From a virus: a stretch of 64,000 nt of DNA. The translations under genes and the position numbers were made by a program. The DNA lies in IMG/VR virus record IMGVR_UViG_3300025030_000039, positions 124,878 through 188,877 of that record; one strand, written 5' to 3'. Below the pieces are notes generated by a model. That model was not told where the DNA came from. It saw only the letters and a program-made list of their open reading frames with translations, and did not search any database. Below are positions 17,991 to 27,371 of this stretch, in pieces. Each line of letters begins with the position of its first letter. Positions within the stretch are counted from its first letter, which is position 1.

Positions 17991-20876
17991 TTATTGTTCT
18001 TGTACTATCCAATATTCTACTCTTGTTCCAGATGTCCATTCTGCATAAATTATATTCAATACATTTATAACATAAACACCAGTTCCTAATAATACCCAGC
18101 CTGCTGGAACTGTAGGAGTACTTGAATCATTATGATATATTTTTTGTACAACACCTAATTTAGCACTCATTAAATTGTCTATGATATTTCCAGTAGCTGG
18201 AGATGTATCCGTATTAAATATTTGTCTAGATACAAAATTTACAACAGTTCCAGTATTAGGAGTAACTTTATCTAATTCATTTATACTAATAGGTACCCAC
18301 ATTGGATCAGTTGCTCCATTATAATAAAGAACATCACCTTCTTGTAATCCAGTTAAATCTACGTCTAATATATCTCCTATACTATTTACTGTTGAAGAAT
18401 CCGATCCCCATATTAAATCTCCACTAGCATCAACCTTAAGAATCTGATTAAGTGTTCCAGTAGTTGATGGAAAAGCGTATCCTGTTCCGCTTGGAATTCC
18501 TATTTGGAATGTTCCGTTTATTCTTAATATTGAATTATCAAACTCGCCATAAATTAATGGATTTGCTGTACTAGAATTAGAAATATAGAGTTTATTAGAA
18601 CTTGTTTCGTTGTAACCTGCTTCATATCCTATGCATACATTAGATGAACCAATTAAATTTAAGAATCCTGCTCTAGCACCACAATATGTATTATAATTGA
18701 CTGTTGTACTAGTAACACCTGCTTGTGAGCCAACAAAGGTATTATATTCACCAGTTGTTTTAGATAATCCTGCATTAGTACCTAAAGCCACATTCCAGTC
18801 ACCATTACTATTTGCTAATGAACCTGTCCCAACAGCTGTATTATAAAAACCTCCTATATTATTATATAAAGAACCCGAACCTATTGCTGTATTCTGGTTT
18901 CCTGTATTTAGTCTTAACGTGTTATTTCCAATTGCAGTATTATATTCGCCTGAGATATTAGAATATAATGATTCAGAACCAATAGCAGTATTATAACCAC
19001 CTGTTGTATTTGAATAGGCTGCCATATATCCTATTGCTATAATTTTATTAGCTGTAGTTAAATTATATCCTGCCTGATAACCTACTAAGAAATTATCTGT
19101 TCCTGTAGTTAAATTATAACCTGTTCTATAACCTAAACCAATATTATGATTTCCTGTTAAACCTAAAACATTATGACCTTTTAATGCATCTTCTCCAATT
19201 GCAATTGAATTTGATGCTGTTGATATATATTGCGCAGAATTTTTACCTATAAGAACATTATTTTGTCCTGTAGTTAAATTATATCCTGCCTGATAACCAA
19301 TACCAACATTATAACTAATATCTGTTGTTGATGCATCACCATTTAAACAAGCATATCCTAATGCAACATTATATGAACCAGCCAATGATTGACCCATAGG
19401 TTGTCTACCAATTGCAACATTTCTTGTACCTGAAACATGTAAACCCATTGAGAAATAACCTAATATTACATTATCGTTACTTGAAATTAATGACTTACCT
19501 GCTTCTCTACCTAAAATAACATTTGAAGTACCATCAGTTAAAGCATATCCAGATTGATAACCTTGTAAAATATTATAAACGCCTGTTGTTAAATTAAATC
19601 CAGCCAAATTTCCAATACCAATATTCTGACTACCTGTTAAACCTAAAACATTATGACCTTTTAATGCTTCTTCACCAATTGCAATTGAATTTGATGCTGT
19701 AGTTAAATTACCACCCGCTTGATAACCTGCCACATAATTATTAGAACCAGTAGTAATATTAGAACCAGCTTGATAACCAAAAATACTGTTGTAATTACCT
19801 GATGATAAACTATAACCAGCAGCAAAACCTATTAAAGCATTTCCTGTGCCATTTGTTAAACTAAAACCCGCACTATTACCTATACCTATGTTATTATTAG
19901 CAGTTAAAGAATTACTTCCTAAGGCATAATAACCTAATCCTATATTATAAGAACCTGTTGTCACTGTATATCCCGCAAAATGGCCATTAAAAGTGTTACC
20001 CACACCACTACTAATACTATTACCCGCATAATAACCTATTGAGTTATTAAAAGTTGTTTGACTTGCGTTTATTAATATAGCAGTAATATTACCATTGTCA
20101 TAAATTTTAAATATAGATTGTGATGTTGAACTTTGTAAATCAAGTGTAGTAGTAGCACCAGCAAAACCATCACCTTTAATAGACACTTTACCAGTTCTGA
20201 TAGTGTTTATCCCTATTAATACTTCACCATTACCTTCTACCTTAAATACTTGTTGATAAGCTGGTGTTGATAAAGTTTGAGTGTAAATGCTAAAAGCATT
20301 GTTATCTGAATTTTGATAACCTGTATATAAATAAAGTCCTTTACCATCAATATCAAAAATTAATTTTTGTTTTTTCTGTGTTGAATAATCTAATTCCCAA
20401 CTAGAGTATAATCCTAAATTACCTGTTTTTGCTACTAATGATACATTTTGGTCAAGTGAATGACCTAATGACCAACCTCTAAATACTCTAGTATAATCTA
20501 AGTAAGTTTCGGGGTCATCTCCTACAATTTTTAATATACCATTAGGATTAGCTATAGAAATAGTTTTACTTGTATTATTCCAAGTAAAATTAGCATTTCC
20601 AGTAATCGCTGAACTTGAATTACCAAAAGCAACTTGTGTATCTGCTATTGAACCAGCAATTCCTTCAATATCATTTTGCCAAGTAACATTACCGCTTCCA
20701 TCAGTTTTAAGAATTTGATTAATTGTACCTCTTGTATTAGGCAAAATATATCCAGTTAATATTGATCCTATATTTATAATTCCATTTATATAAATATCAT
20801 TAATATTAATTAAATTTTGACTATTAATATCGAAATTTTCACTAACTTCTATTTGTTTATTCTGAATTTTTGACAT
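17991..20876 (-). CDS. long tail-fibre-like protein (961 aa) with Gly-rich GYQAG..NLTTG repeats and the shared N-terminal anchor
   Basis: N-terminus MSKIQNKQIEVSENFDINSQNLININD; an internal repeat block is duplicated at about 19141-19215 and 19621-19695. Confidence 0.65.
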   Translation of the reverse strand: MSKIQNKQIEVSENFDINSQNLININDIYINGIINIGSILTGYILPNTRGTINQILKTDGSGNVTWQNDIEGIAGSIADTQVAFGNSSSAITGNANFTWNNTSKTISIANPNGILKIVGDDPETYLDYTRVFRGWSLGHSLDQNVSLVAKTGNLGLYSSWELDYSTQKKQKLIFDIDGKGLYLYTGYQNSDNNAFSIYTQTLSTPAYQQVFKVEGNGEVLIGINTIRTGKVSIKGDGFAGATTTLDLQSSTSQSIFKIYDNGNITAILINASQTTFNNSIGYYAGNSISSGVGNTFNGHFAGYTVTTGSYNIGLGYYALGSNSLTANNNIGIGNSAGFSLTNGTGNALIGFAAGYSLSSGNYNSIFGYQAGSNITTGSNNYVAGYQAGGNLTTASNSIAIGEEALKGHNVLGLTGSQNIGIGNLAGFNLTTGVYNILQGYQSGYALTDGTSNVILGREAGKSLISSNDNVILGYFSMGLHVSGTRNVAIGRQPMGQSLAGSYNVALGYACLNGDASTTDISYNVGIGYQAGYNLTTGQNNVLIGKNSAQYISTASNSIAIGEDALKGHNVLGLTGNHNIGLGYRTGYNLTTGTDNFLVGYQAGYNLTTANKIIAIGYMAAYSNTTGGYNTAIGSESLYSNISGEYNTAIGNNTLRLNTGNQNTAIGSGSLYNNIGGFYNTAVGTGSLANSNGDWNVALGTNAGLSKTTGEYNTFVGSQAGVTSTTVNYNTYCGARAGFLNLIGSSNVCIGYEAGYNETSSNKLYISNSSTANPLIYGEFDNSILRINGTFQIGIPSGTGYAFPSTTGTLNQILKVDASGDLIWGSDSSTVNSIGDILDVDLTGLQEGDVLYYNGATDPMWVPISINELDKVTPNTGTVVNFVSRQIFNTDTSPATGNIIDNLMSAKLGVVQKIYHNDSSTPTVPAGWVLLGTGVYVINVLNIIYAEWTSGTRVEYWIVQEQ

Positions 20877-20926
20877 TATTAACTATTTTTAAATATATAT
20901 CACGAACTGAATTAATTATAAAAATA

Positions 20927-20951
20927 AAGGTCTAATTTTTAGTTAGACCTT
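20927..20951 (-). terminator. hairpin AAGGTCTAA-loop-TTAGACCTT followed by a T-run on the minus strand
   Basis: Lies between the 296-aa gene stop and the 961-aa gene start. Confidence 0.4.
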
Positions 20952-20973
20952 CAATATTAAAATTTTTAATTTT

Positions 20974-21864
20974 TTATGTTGTTAGATATTCAAAATCTAA
21001 TCTATCATCAGTTTCTAATTGATATCCAGCAACTGAACCATTCCAATGTAAAGTATCTCCTTGTTGTTCATCGCCAGAAGTTCTTTCGTTAAAAGGAGTA
21101 GATCCATTTTTGAATACGCATTCTTTTCCAGGTCCTACATCTACTTCAACTCCATTTAAAATTACTTTTACTCTAGAATCTTGTACTGTAGCATCTGTTA
21201 TAGTTTGATTAGTAGCTAAATCACCGTCTAATACTGTTACTAAAGCGGTTAATTCTGTATCAGCTAATGATATTTTACCAGAAGCAGCTTCTAATTCAGT
21301 AATAGTATCTGTTAAATATTTACCAATATAAACATATAAAATTATACTAGCTGGGGTAGATCCTAATGCAGTTTCTTGTCTAAAATATACTCCAGGTTGA
21401 TATTGATATATCCATAAAGACGTATCACCAGGAGCAATTAAACTACCCGTACCACCAGCACCTGTATATGGTTTACTTTCAAATCCTGCACCATATGCTG
21501 AAGATATAGAATTTCTAACTCTATCACCAGCAACTATTCCAACTAATGATCCAGCTCCATAAGCAAAAGCTGCTAATGTTTGTGGATCAGTTCCTGTTGG
21601 CGGAGTTACTGGCCATTCTGCGAAGTATGCGTGACTGTTTGATGTATTATCTAATGTCATATCAGCTATTACTTGAACAGCAACTCCATCACTTACAGCA
21701 GTAACAGGATTTGAATTTATAGATTCCGTAAAAATTGTAGTTTTATCGACATTAAAAAATGAACCTTCTGCTTCATTACCTAATTCTTTAAGACTATCTG
21801 TCATCGCTTTATTAAGAAGATTCTTAAAAGCGGTTATTGCTTTATTATCTGTACTAAATGCCAT
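20974..21864 (-). CDS. hypothetical fibre-associated protein (296 aa)
   Basis: ORF within the fibre cassette. Confidence 0.4.
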   Translation of the reverse strand: MAFSTDNKAITAFKNLLNKAMTDSLKELGNEAEGSFFNVDKTTIFTESINSNPVTAVSDGVAVQVIADMTLDNTSNSHAYFAEWPVTPPTGTDPQTLAAFAYGAGSLVGIVAGDRVRNSISSAYGAGFESKPYTGAGGTGSLIAPGDTSLWIYQYQPGVYFRQETALGSTPASIILYVYIGKYLTDTITELEAASGKISLADTELTALVTVLDGDLATNQTITDATVQDSRVKVILNGVEVDVGPGKECVFKNGSTPFNERTSGDEQQGDTLHWNGSVAGYQLETDDRLDFEYLTT

Positions 21865-21890
21865 TGTTTATTTTTATTTTTATTTATCTA

Positions 21891-23813
21891 TTATCCAAAA
21901 CTAAATGTTATTCCTGTAAGTATACCGGCAAATGAATCACCTACACTAACTCTTACTAAAATATATCCATTAGTATTAGCAGTACTTTTTGTACCTATAG
22001 TTAATCCCCATGCTGTACCAAAGGCTCTACCTACACCGCCTGCTGCATTTCTAGCTCCATCTCCATCAGCCCATTGTCCTGTTGCAAAATCTTGATATGC
22101 ATCCATCCAACCTGTTTCAGCTGCTGCTAAACCAGGAGCTTTAATATGAACATGAATATTATTACCTGTTAATGCAGTAAGATCTGATACAAATGTTCCA
22201 GTTGATCCTGCTATGTTTAATACAAAGTTTCCAACTGTTGGAGCAACTTGTCTAAACCATCTATAGTAGTATCTAGTACCTGTACAGTTAGCTCCTGAAT
22301 AATCTGGATTACCTCCAGGTCCATTTGTTATACCAGCAAAGTTTGCAGGATAAGCAGTATTACCAGGATAAACTAATTCACTACCTATTACTTGTAAGCC
22401 ATCATTATAACCAGCAGATCCTGCATCTGCTATTGTATTTGTAGATGTCCACATTCCAGTACCTAAAGATCCATAAGTATTATATGAACTATTAGAAGGC
22501 ATTCTATATGTTTCTGCATGATTAAAATCTTCAAATACTAATGATGAAGCTGTACCTACATCATCCATCAAAATATTAGCAATACTACTAGATGAGCTAG
22601 TTTGAGTTCCTTGTAATGTTCTAAGTACTCTAGTGTTAACTGTTATTGATTCATCCAATAATCTAATGCCACTTGTTATTGTTGCAGTCTTAAGACCTAA
22701 TTGAGAAGCTGTATATTGAATACTGCTTGTATAATCTACTAAAGATGCATGAGATCCTATTGCTGGAATACTAACTGAAGGTATTGCACAGTTAGAAGCA
22801 CCTGGATGACTAATTGCAGAACCAGAAGAACTATAAGTATTTAAATAAGCATTATTAATTGTTATTTGATATTTAGCAGTTCCTCCTGTATAGTATTGAA
22901 CTCCTGAAAGATATTTAGATCCAGTCATTGCTAAAGTATCTAAAACTGGAGCAGTAAATGTAGTTATTGTTGTATCATGATCTACTATAAATTGAAATCT
23001 AGCTAAAGTAGTATCAACTGCATTTAAAGTTCTAATTGCATGTACCCAGTTATATCCTCTTTGTATATTAGTATCATCATATTTTACTAACCAAGTTCCT
23101 GTTCTATGTTTAAATACATCTAAAGGAGTTAAATCTGGAAAATGAGCATCATCTGCTGCACTTAAAATAAAACCACTTACAGTATTTCCTGATGTATTAT
23201 CAATAGCAGCAGTTGTTGATGATAATGTTACAGTAGATACTAATGTTCCATTAACATATAGTCTAATAGTTCCTTCAGTTGCATTACCAAATGAGTTTGC
23301 TGGATAATTTACACCATCTGCAACTACATCATCGTTTAAAACACCTGTAATATCATTAGTTGCGGCTTCTGCTATAATACCAAAGCCCATAGCAATACCA
23401 TTTACTCCTATTCCGGGATTATAACCACCTTGAGATACATCGGCTAATGCATATCCTCCTATTGTATATCCAGTACCAAAACTTAATTTACCAGCAGTTG
23501 CTGATAATGCACCAGTCCATTGATCTAATAAAGGAGCTGGTCCAGGAGCTAAAGCTTTTAATATTTCATTAAATCTATCAATTGCTGTTCCTGTTGGAGT
23601 TAAAGGATTAAAGTCTGTAAATAATCCATCAACATAACCTGCAGTATCTTCTGCAGCTCCAATTACACCACCAGTTGTAGATATTTGACTATCAACATAA
23701 ATTTTTGTGGCTGCGTCCTGATCATCAATTGGATCATTAACATTTATTAAATTTTGACTATTTATATCAAAATTCTCGCTAACTTCTATTTGTTTATTTT
23801 GAATTCTTGGCAT
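21891..23813 (-). CDS. tail-fibre-like protein (640 aa) with the shared N-terminal anchor
   Basis: MPRIQNKQIEVSENFDINSQNLINVNDPIDDQDAATKIYVD. Confidence 0.65.
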   Translation of the reverse strand: MPRIQNKQIEVSENFDINSQNLINVNDPIDDQDAATKIYVDSQISTTGGVIGAAEDTAGYVDGLFTDFNPLTPTGTAIDRFNEILKALAPGPAPLLDQWTGALSATAGKLSFGTGYTIGGYALADVSQGGYNPGIGVNGIAMGFGIIAEAATNDITGVLNDDVVADGVNYPANSFGNATEGTIRLYVNGTLVSTVTLSSTTAAIDNTSGNTVSGFILSAADDAHFPDLTPLDVFKHRTGTWLVKYDDTNIQRGYNWVHAIRTLNAVDTTLARFQFIVDHDTTITTFTAPVLDTLAMTGSKYLSGVQYYTGGTAKYQITINNAYLNTYSSSGSAISHPGASNCAIPSVSIPAIGSHASLVDYTSSIQYTASQLGLKTATITSGIRLLDESITVNTRVLRTLQGTQTSSSSSIANILMDDVGTASSLVFEDFNHAETYRMPSNSSYNTYGSLGTGMWTSTNTIADAGSAGYNDGLQVIGSELVYPGNTAYPANFAGITNGPGGNPDYSGANCTGTRYYYRWFRQVAPTVGNFVLNIAGSTGTFVSDLTALTGNNIHVHIKAPGLAAAETGWMDAYQDFATGQWADGDGARNAAGGVGRAFGTAWGLTIGTKSTANTNGYILVRVSVGDSFAGILTGITFSFG

Positions 23814-23832
23814 AATTTATATTTTTATATTT

Positions 23833-24834
23833 TTATTTTATCGTTGAATATGTTAAACTTATAACATCAGTTAATCCTAAATTAAATTGTGCTATAGAAT
23901 AATTAAATATTAATTCACTTCCTGCAACTAAAGAAGCTCTTGATAAAACAGTAGCACCACTATCTGCACTAAAGTAAAATACTGATTCACTTATTGATGT
24001 ATATGAAATAGAATAAGATATACCATTTATATAAACTTCAATATCACTATCTCCAGCTGGAGTAAATGCTAATGTTATTCCAGTAGGTTCATTATCAATT
24101 GATATAGTAAATGCTGTATTAATATTTTCATTCATTTGTCTATATAATGTAGATGCTTTTAATCCTGATGCAGATACACTTACAGAATCACCATCTGGTA
24201 AAATTGTAACTGAATCATTATCTATTGTCATTCCAAATCCTGGAATAACATCTAATATATTACCGTCTTTATCTAATCCATCACCTGCAATAACTTGTCC
24301 TGCTCCAGAAAATTGAGCCCAATCTAAAGAAGTTGTTCCTAATACTATAGTACCATTAGTTGTTAAAACCCAACCACTATCACTAAATAATGTTCCTTCT
24401 TGTATAAATGTAAAATCTCCTCCTTTTACTTCACCATTAGGATTACCATCAAAATCTAAAGGTCTAATAAATTCATCTACACCTGCATCATATAACCAAA
24501 GTCCATTTCCAGGTTTGTCTAGGACATCAGCATCTGTAAATAAAACTCTTTCTTGATCTAATAATGTAACTCCATCAAAAATTGGATTTGGAGAAGTAGC
24601 AATACCTATCCATTTATCATTACCACTATCATATGAATAATCAAGTAACTCTATAAGACCATTAGTTTTAGCTCTACATGCATCTTTAACTATTAAACCT
24701 TCTCTATTATCATCAACATATTTTTTAGTAGCAACATCTTGAGGATTTTGAGGATCTACAACATTTATAATTTTATGCGTATTCATGTCAAAATTACTTG
24801 TGACAATAATTTGTTTATTTTTTATTCTTGGCAT
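23833..24834 (-). CDS. tail-fibre-like protein (333 aa) with the shared N-terminal anchor
   Basis: MPRIKNKQIIVTSNFDMNTHKIINVVDPQNPQDVATKKYVD. The distal part is paralogous to the 407-aa ORF (both have GDFTFIQEG...GW and IYVNGxxxxxSY). Confidence 0.65.
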   Translation of the reverse strand: MPRIKNKQIIVTSNFDMNTHKIINVVDPQNPQDVATKKYVDDNREGLIVKDACRAKTNGLIELLDYSYDSGNDKWIGIATSPNPIFDGVTLLDQERVLFTDADVLDKPGNGLWLYDAGVDEFIRPLDFDGNPNGEVKGGDFTFIQEGTLFSDSGWVLTTNGTIVLGTTSLDWAQFSGAGQVIAGDGLDKDGNILDVIPGFGMTIDNDSVTILPDGDSVSVSASGLKASTLYRQMNENINTAFTISIDNEPTGITLAFTPAGDSDIEVYINGISYSISYTSISESVFYFSADSGATVLSRASLVAGSELIFNYSIAQFNLGLTDVISLTYSTIK

Positions 24835-24867
24835 AATTTATTTTTATTTTTCTTTTATTTTATTTAT

Positions 24868-26040
24868 TTAGGAAAAGTACTGAAACTTTGTATATATTAA
24901 TGAAATTGAATCATCTACAGATAAATTATATTCTGCTGTAATAGAATTAAAAAATAATTCATCACCTGCAACTATATCTGCCTTCATTCTAGATGTTAAT
25001 CCTCCATCATTACTAAAGAAAAATACTCCATCAGTTGTTCCATAAGAAACTCCTTCTATTTTTCCATTAACATAAATTATAATATGAGTATCTGCTAAAG
25101 GATTTGTTCCTATAAATATTCCAGTAGAATATATTGATCCTGTTTCAGGATTTGGAGTTAAATTTTGTTCATCATATAATATACCACCACCATCTTGTCC
25201 ATTTGCAGTGAATTTAACCCATACAATATTATTTACTCCTACTATTCTTACTCCATCTCCAACTATAACCCATCCAGTACCTGCATTTTCTATTCCTTGT
25301 TCTATAAATGTAATATTACCTCCTGATATTTCAGAAGTAGGATTTCCATTATGATCAACAGCTCTACTCCATACTCCATTTAATCCAGTACCTACAAAAT
25401 TAACATAATATATTCCATTTTCTCTAGGATCAATTTGATCTTTTACTAATATTCTACTATGATATGTTACAGCAGTTGCATCAACATAATTAGGAGCATT
25501 AGTAAAATTAATATTTTGTCCAGTAGTAGCTAATCTACAAGATTCTTTATAATCACCACCGCCTGCTACTCTATCAACATATTCTTTATTAGTAACATCA
25601 CTGTTTAATGTAGGTTCTCCGGCATTTCTAATAACAAAACCATCCATTGAAATATCTGCTTCAGCAGGAGCAAATTCACTAATACTTATATTTAAAGGTT
25701 CAACTTTTAATCCAGAAGTACTTTTTACTAAACTATCTCCATCTAATACAAGAGTAAATTCATTACTAGTAGTAATTGTTAAACCTTCATTATCAGCAGT
25801 ATATTCAATACCATCATCTAAATTAACCCATACAAAACCATCGTAACCTTGAAAATGAGTTCCATTCCATTGTATTGTACCTGCATCTAAATCTAATGTT
25901 GCTTCTCCTAATCTTATTGCACCATCTACTTCTAATCTTTGCTTTAATCCGGAAAAAACGCCAATACCAGTATTTAATGAATCAATGAATAATTCATTTA
26001 ATTGTATACCGACATCATTTTGTATTTTGTAAACGGACAT
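24868..26040 (-). CDS. tail-fibre-like protein with an internal copy of the anchor motif (VIRNAGEPTLNSDVTNKEYVD); likely start is the Met at 26040 rather than 26091
   Basis: Paralogous to 23833-24834 over the distal domain. Confidence 0.55.
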   Translation of the reverse strand: MSVYKIQNDVGIQLNELFIDSLNTGIGVFSGLKQRLEVDGAIRLGEATLDLDAGTIQWNGTHFQGYDGFVWVNLDDGIEYTADNEGLTITTSNEFTLVLDGDSLVKSTSGLKVEPLNISISEFAPAEADISMDGFVIRNAGEPTLNSDVTNKEYVDRVAGGGDYKESCRLATTGQNINFTNAPNYVDATAVTYHSRILVKDQIDPRENGIYYVNFVGTGLNGVWSRAVDHNGNPTSEISGGNITFIEQGIENAGTGWVIVGDGVRIVGVNNIVWVKFTANGQDGGGILYDEQNLTPNPETGSIYSTGIFIGTNPLADTHIIIYVNGKIEGVSYGTTDGVFFFSNDGGLTSRMKADIVAGDELFFNSITAEYNLSVDDSISLIYTKFQYFS

Positions 26041-26149
26041 TATTATAATTCTTTTTTTTATATATTTGTGCAATATAGAACATTTAATCATTTTCAGGAA
26101 GTTTAGATGATATATAATTTATATAAAAAAATAATATAAAATTAAAACA

Positions 26150-27352
26150 CTTAAACTTAAAATAAAAAACCTTTCTAAACCTAACTATTCTAAACTTCTA
26201 GAACAATGCAACCATTCGAGAGCCCTTTATAATTCGGCTCTCTATATAGCAAATGAACATTACAAACAAACTCTTTCCTATATCGGCTACAACGACCTCT
26301 ATAAAGAACTTAAAGACAACATCCATTACAACTCACTCAACAAACCAACAGCTCAACAAATCATCAAGCTTGTAGACAAGAACTTTAAATCATTTTTCGC
26401 TCTACTTAAAAAGAAAAAATCCAACATTTCTCTAGGCCAAATTAATTCACCTCAATATAAAAAGTCCGATTCATTATTTAATTTGATTAAGCCAATTCAG
26501 AAAGAGAGTAATTCAATAAGAAAGGGATTTTTAAATATTTATAATTGGCTTAAGATACCATATACGCATGAAATAGACGGAAGCATTAAGCAATTTACAA
26601 TCAAACCTATAAACAATGGTCAGTTTTTTTATTTGTATATTGTTTATGAAGAAAATAAAAAAGAAGAAGTAAAAATAAGTAAAAATAAGTATTTAAGTAT
26701 AGATTTAGGCATTAATAATTTGATGGCTACATTCGATTCAACTGGACGTTCAATAATAATAAACGGTAAACCTCTTAAAGCATATAACAGTTGGTTCAAT
26801 ATAAAGAAATCAAGTATTCAATCCGAGCTAGAAATAAAAAATAAGAAGAAATGGAGTAAAAGATTACAGAATTTAAATGAAGATAGAAAGAATTTTATAA
26901 ATAATTATTTTAATCAGTCAGTAAATAAAATAATTAAGCATTGTATCGTTAATGATATTGGAACAGTAATTGTTGGATATAATAAGAAATGGAAACAGGA
27001 TACCAAAGAGTTAGGTAAAAAATTTAATCGTAAATTCCAACAAATTCCACATTTTATATTGAAAGAGAAGTTGAGTAATAAATGTAGTGATTATGGGATA
27101 GATTTAGTATTTCATGAAGAGAGTTATACTAGTAAGTGCGATGCATTAGCGATAGAGAAATTAAAGAAACAGGATGTTTATTTAGGTAAGAGAATTAAGA
27201 GAGGATTGTTTCAGTCAAGTGTAGGAAAGTTGATAAATGCTGATATAAATGGAGCGATGAATATAATGAGAAAAGTAGTCAGTGATTCTCTTTTTAAAGG
27301 GATAATTGATAACAGGTTAATAGTACAACCTTTAATGATTAACATCTTATAA
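26150..27352 (+). mobile_element. TnpB-like RuvC nuclease gene lacking the Zn finger; the reading frame is open from about 26150 with no ATG before the Met at 26483 (5'-truncated or non-canonical start)
   Basis: The upstream in-frame translation ...LEQCNHSRALYNSALYIANEHYKQ...AQQIIKLVDKNFKSFFALLKKKK is a TnpB N-domain. RuvC-I SIDLGINN, RuvC-II HEESYTSK, RuvC-III INADINGAMNIMRK. No CxxC...CxxC between RuvC-II and RuvC-III. Confidence 0.6.
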
Positions 27353-27371
27353 ATGTACTATATTTGCGGTT

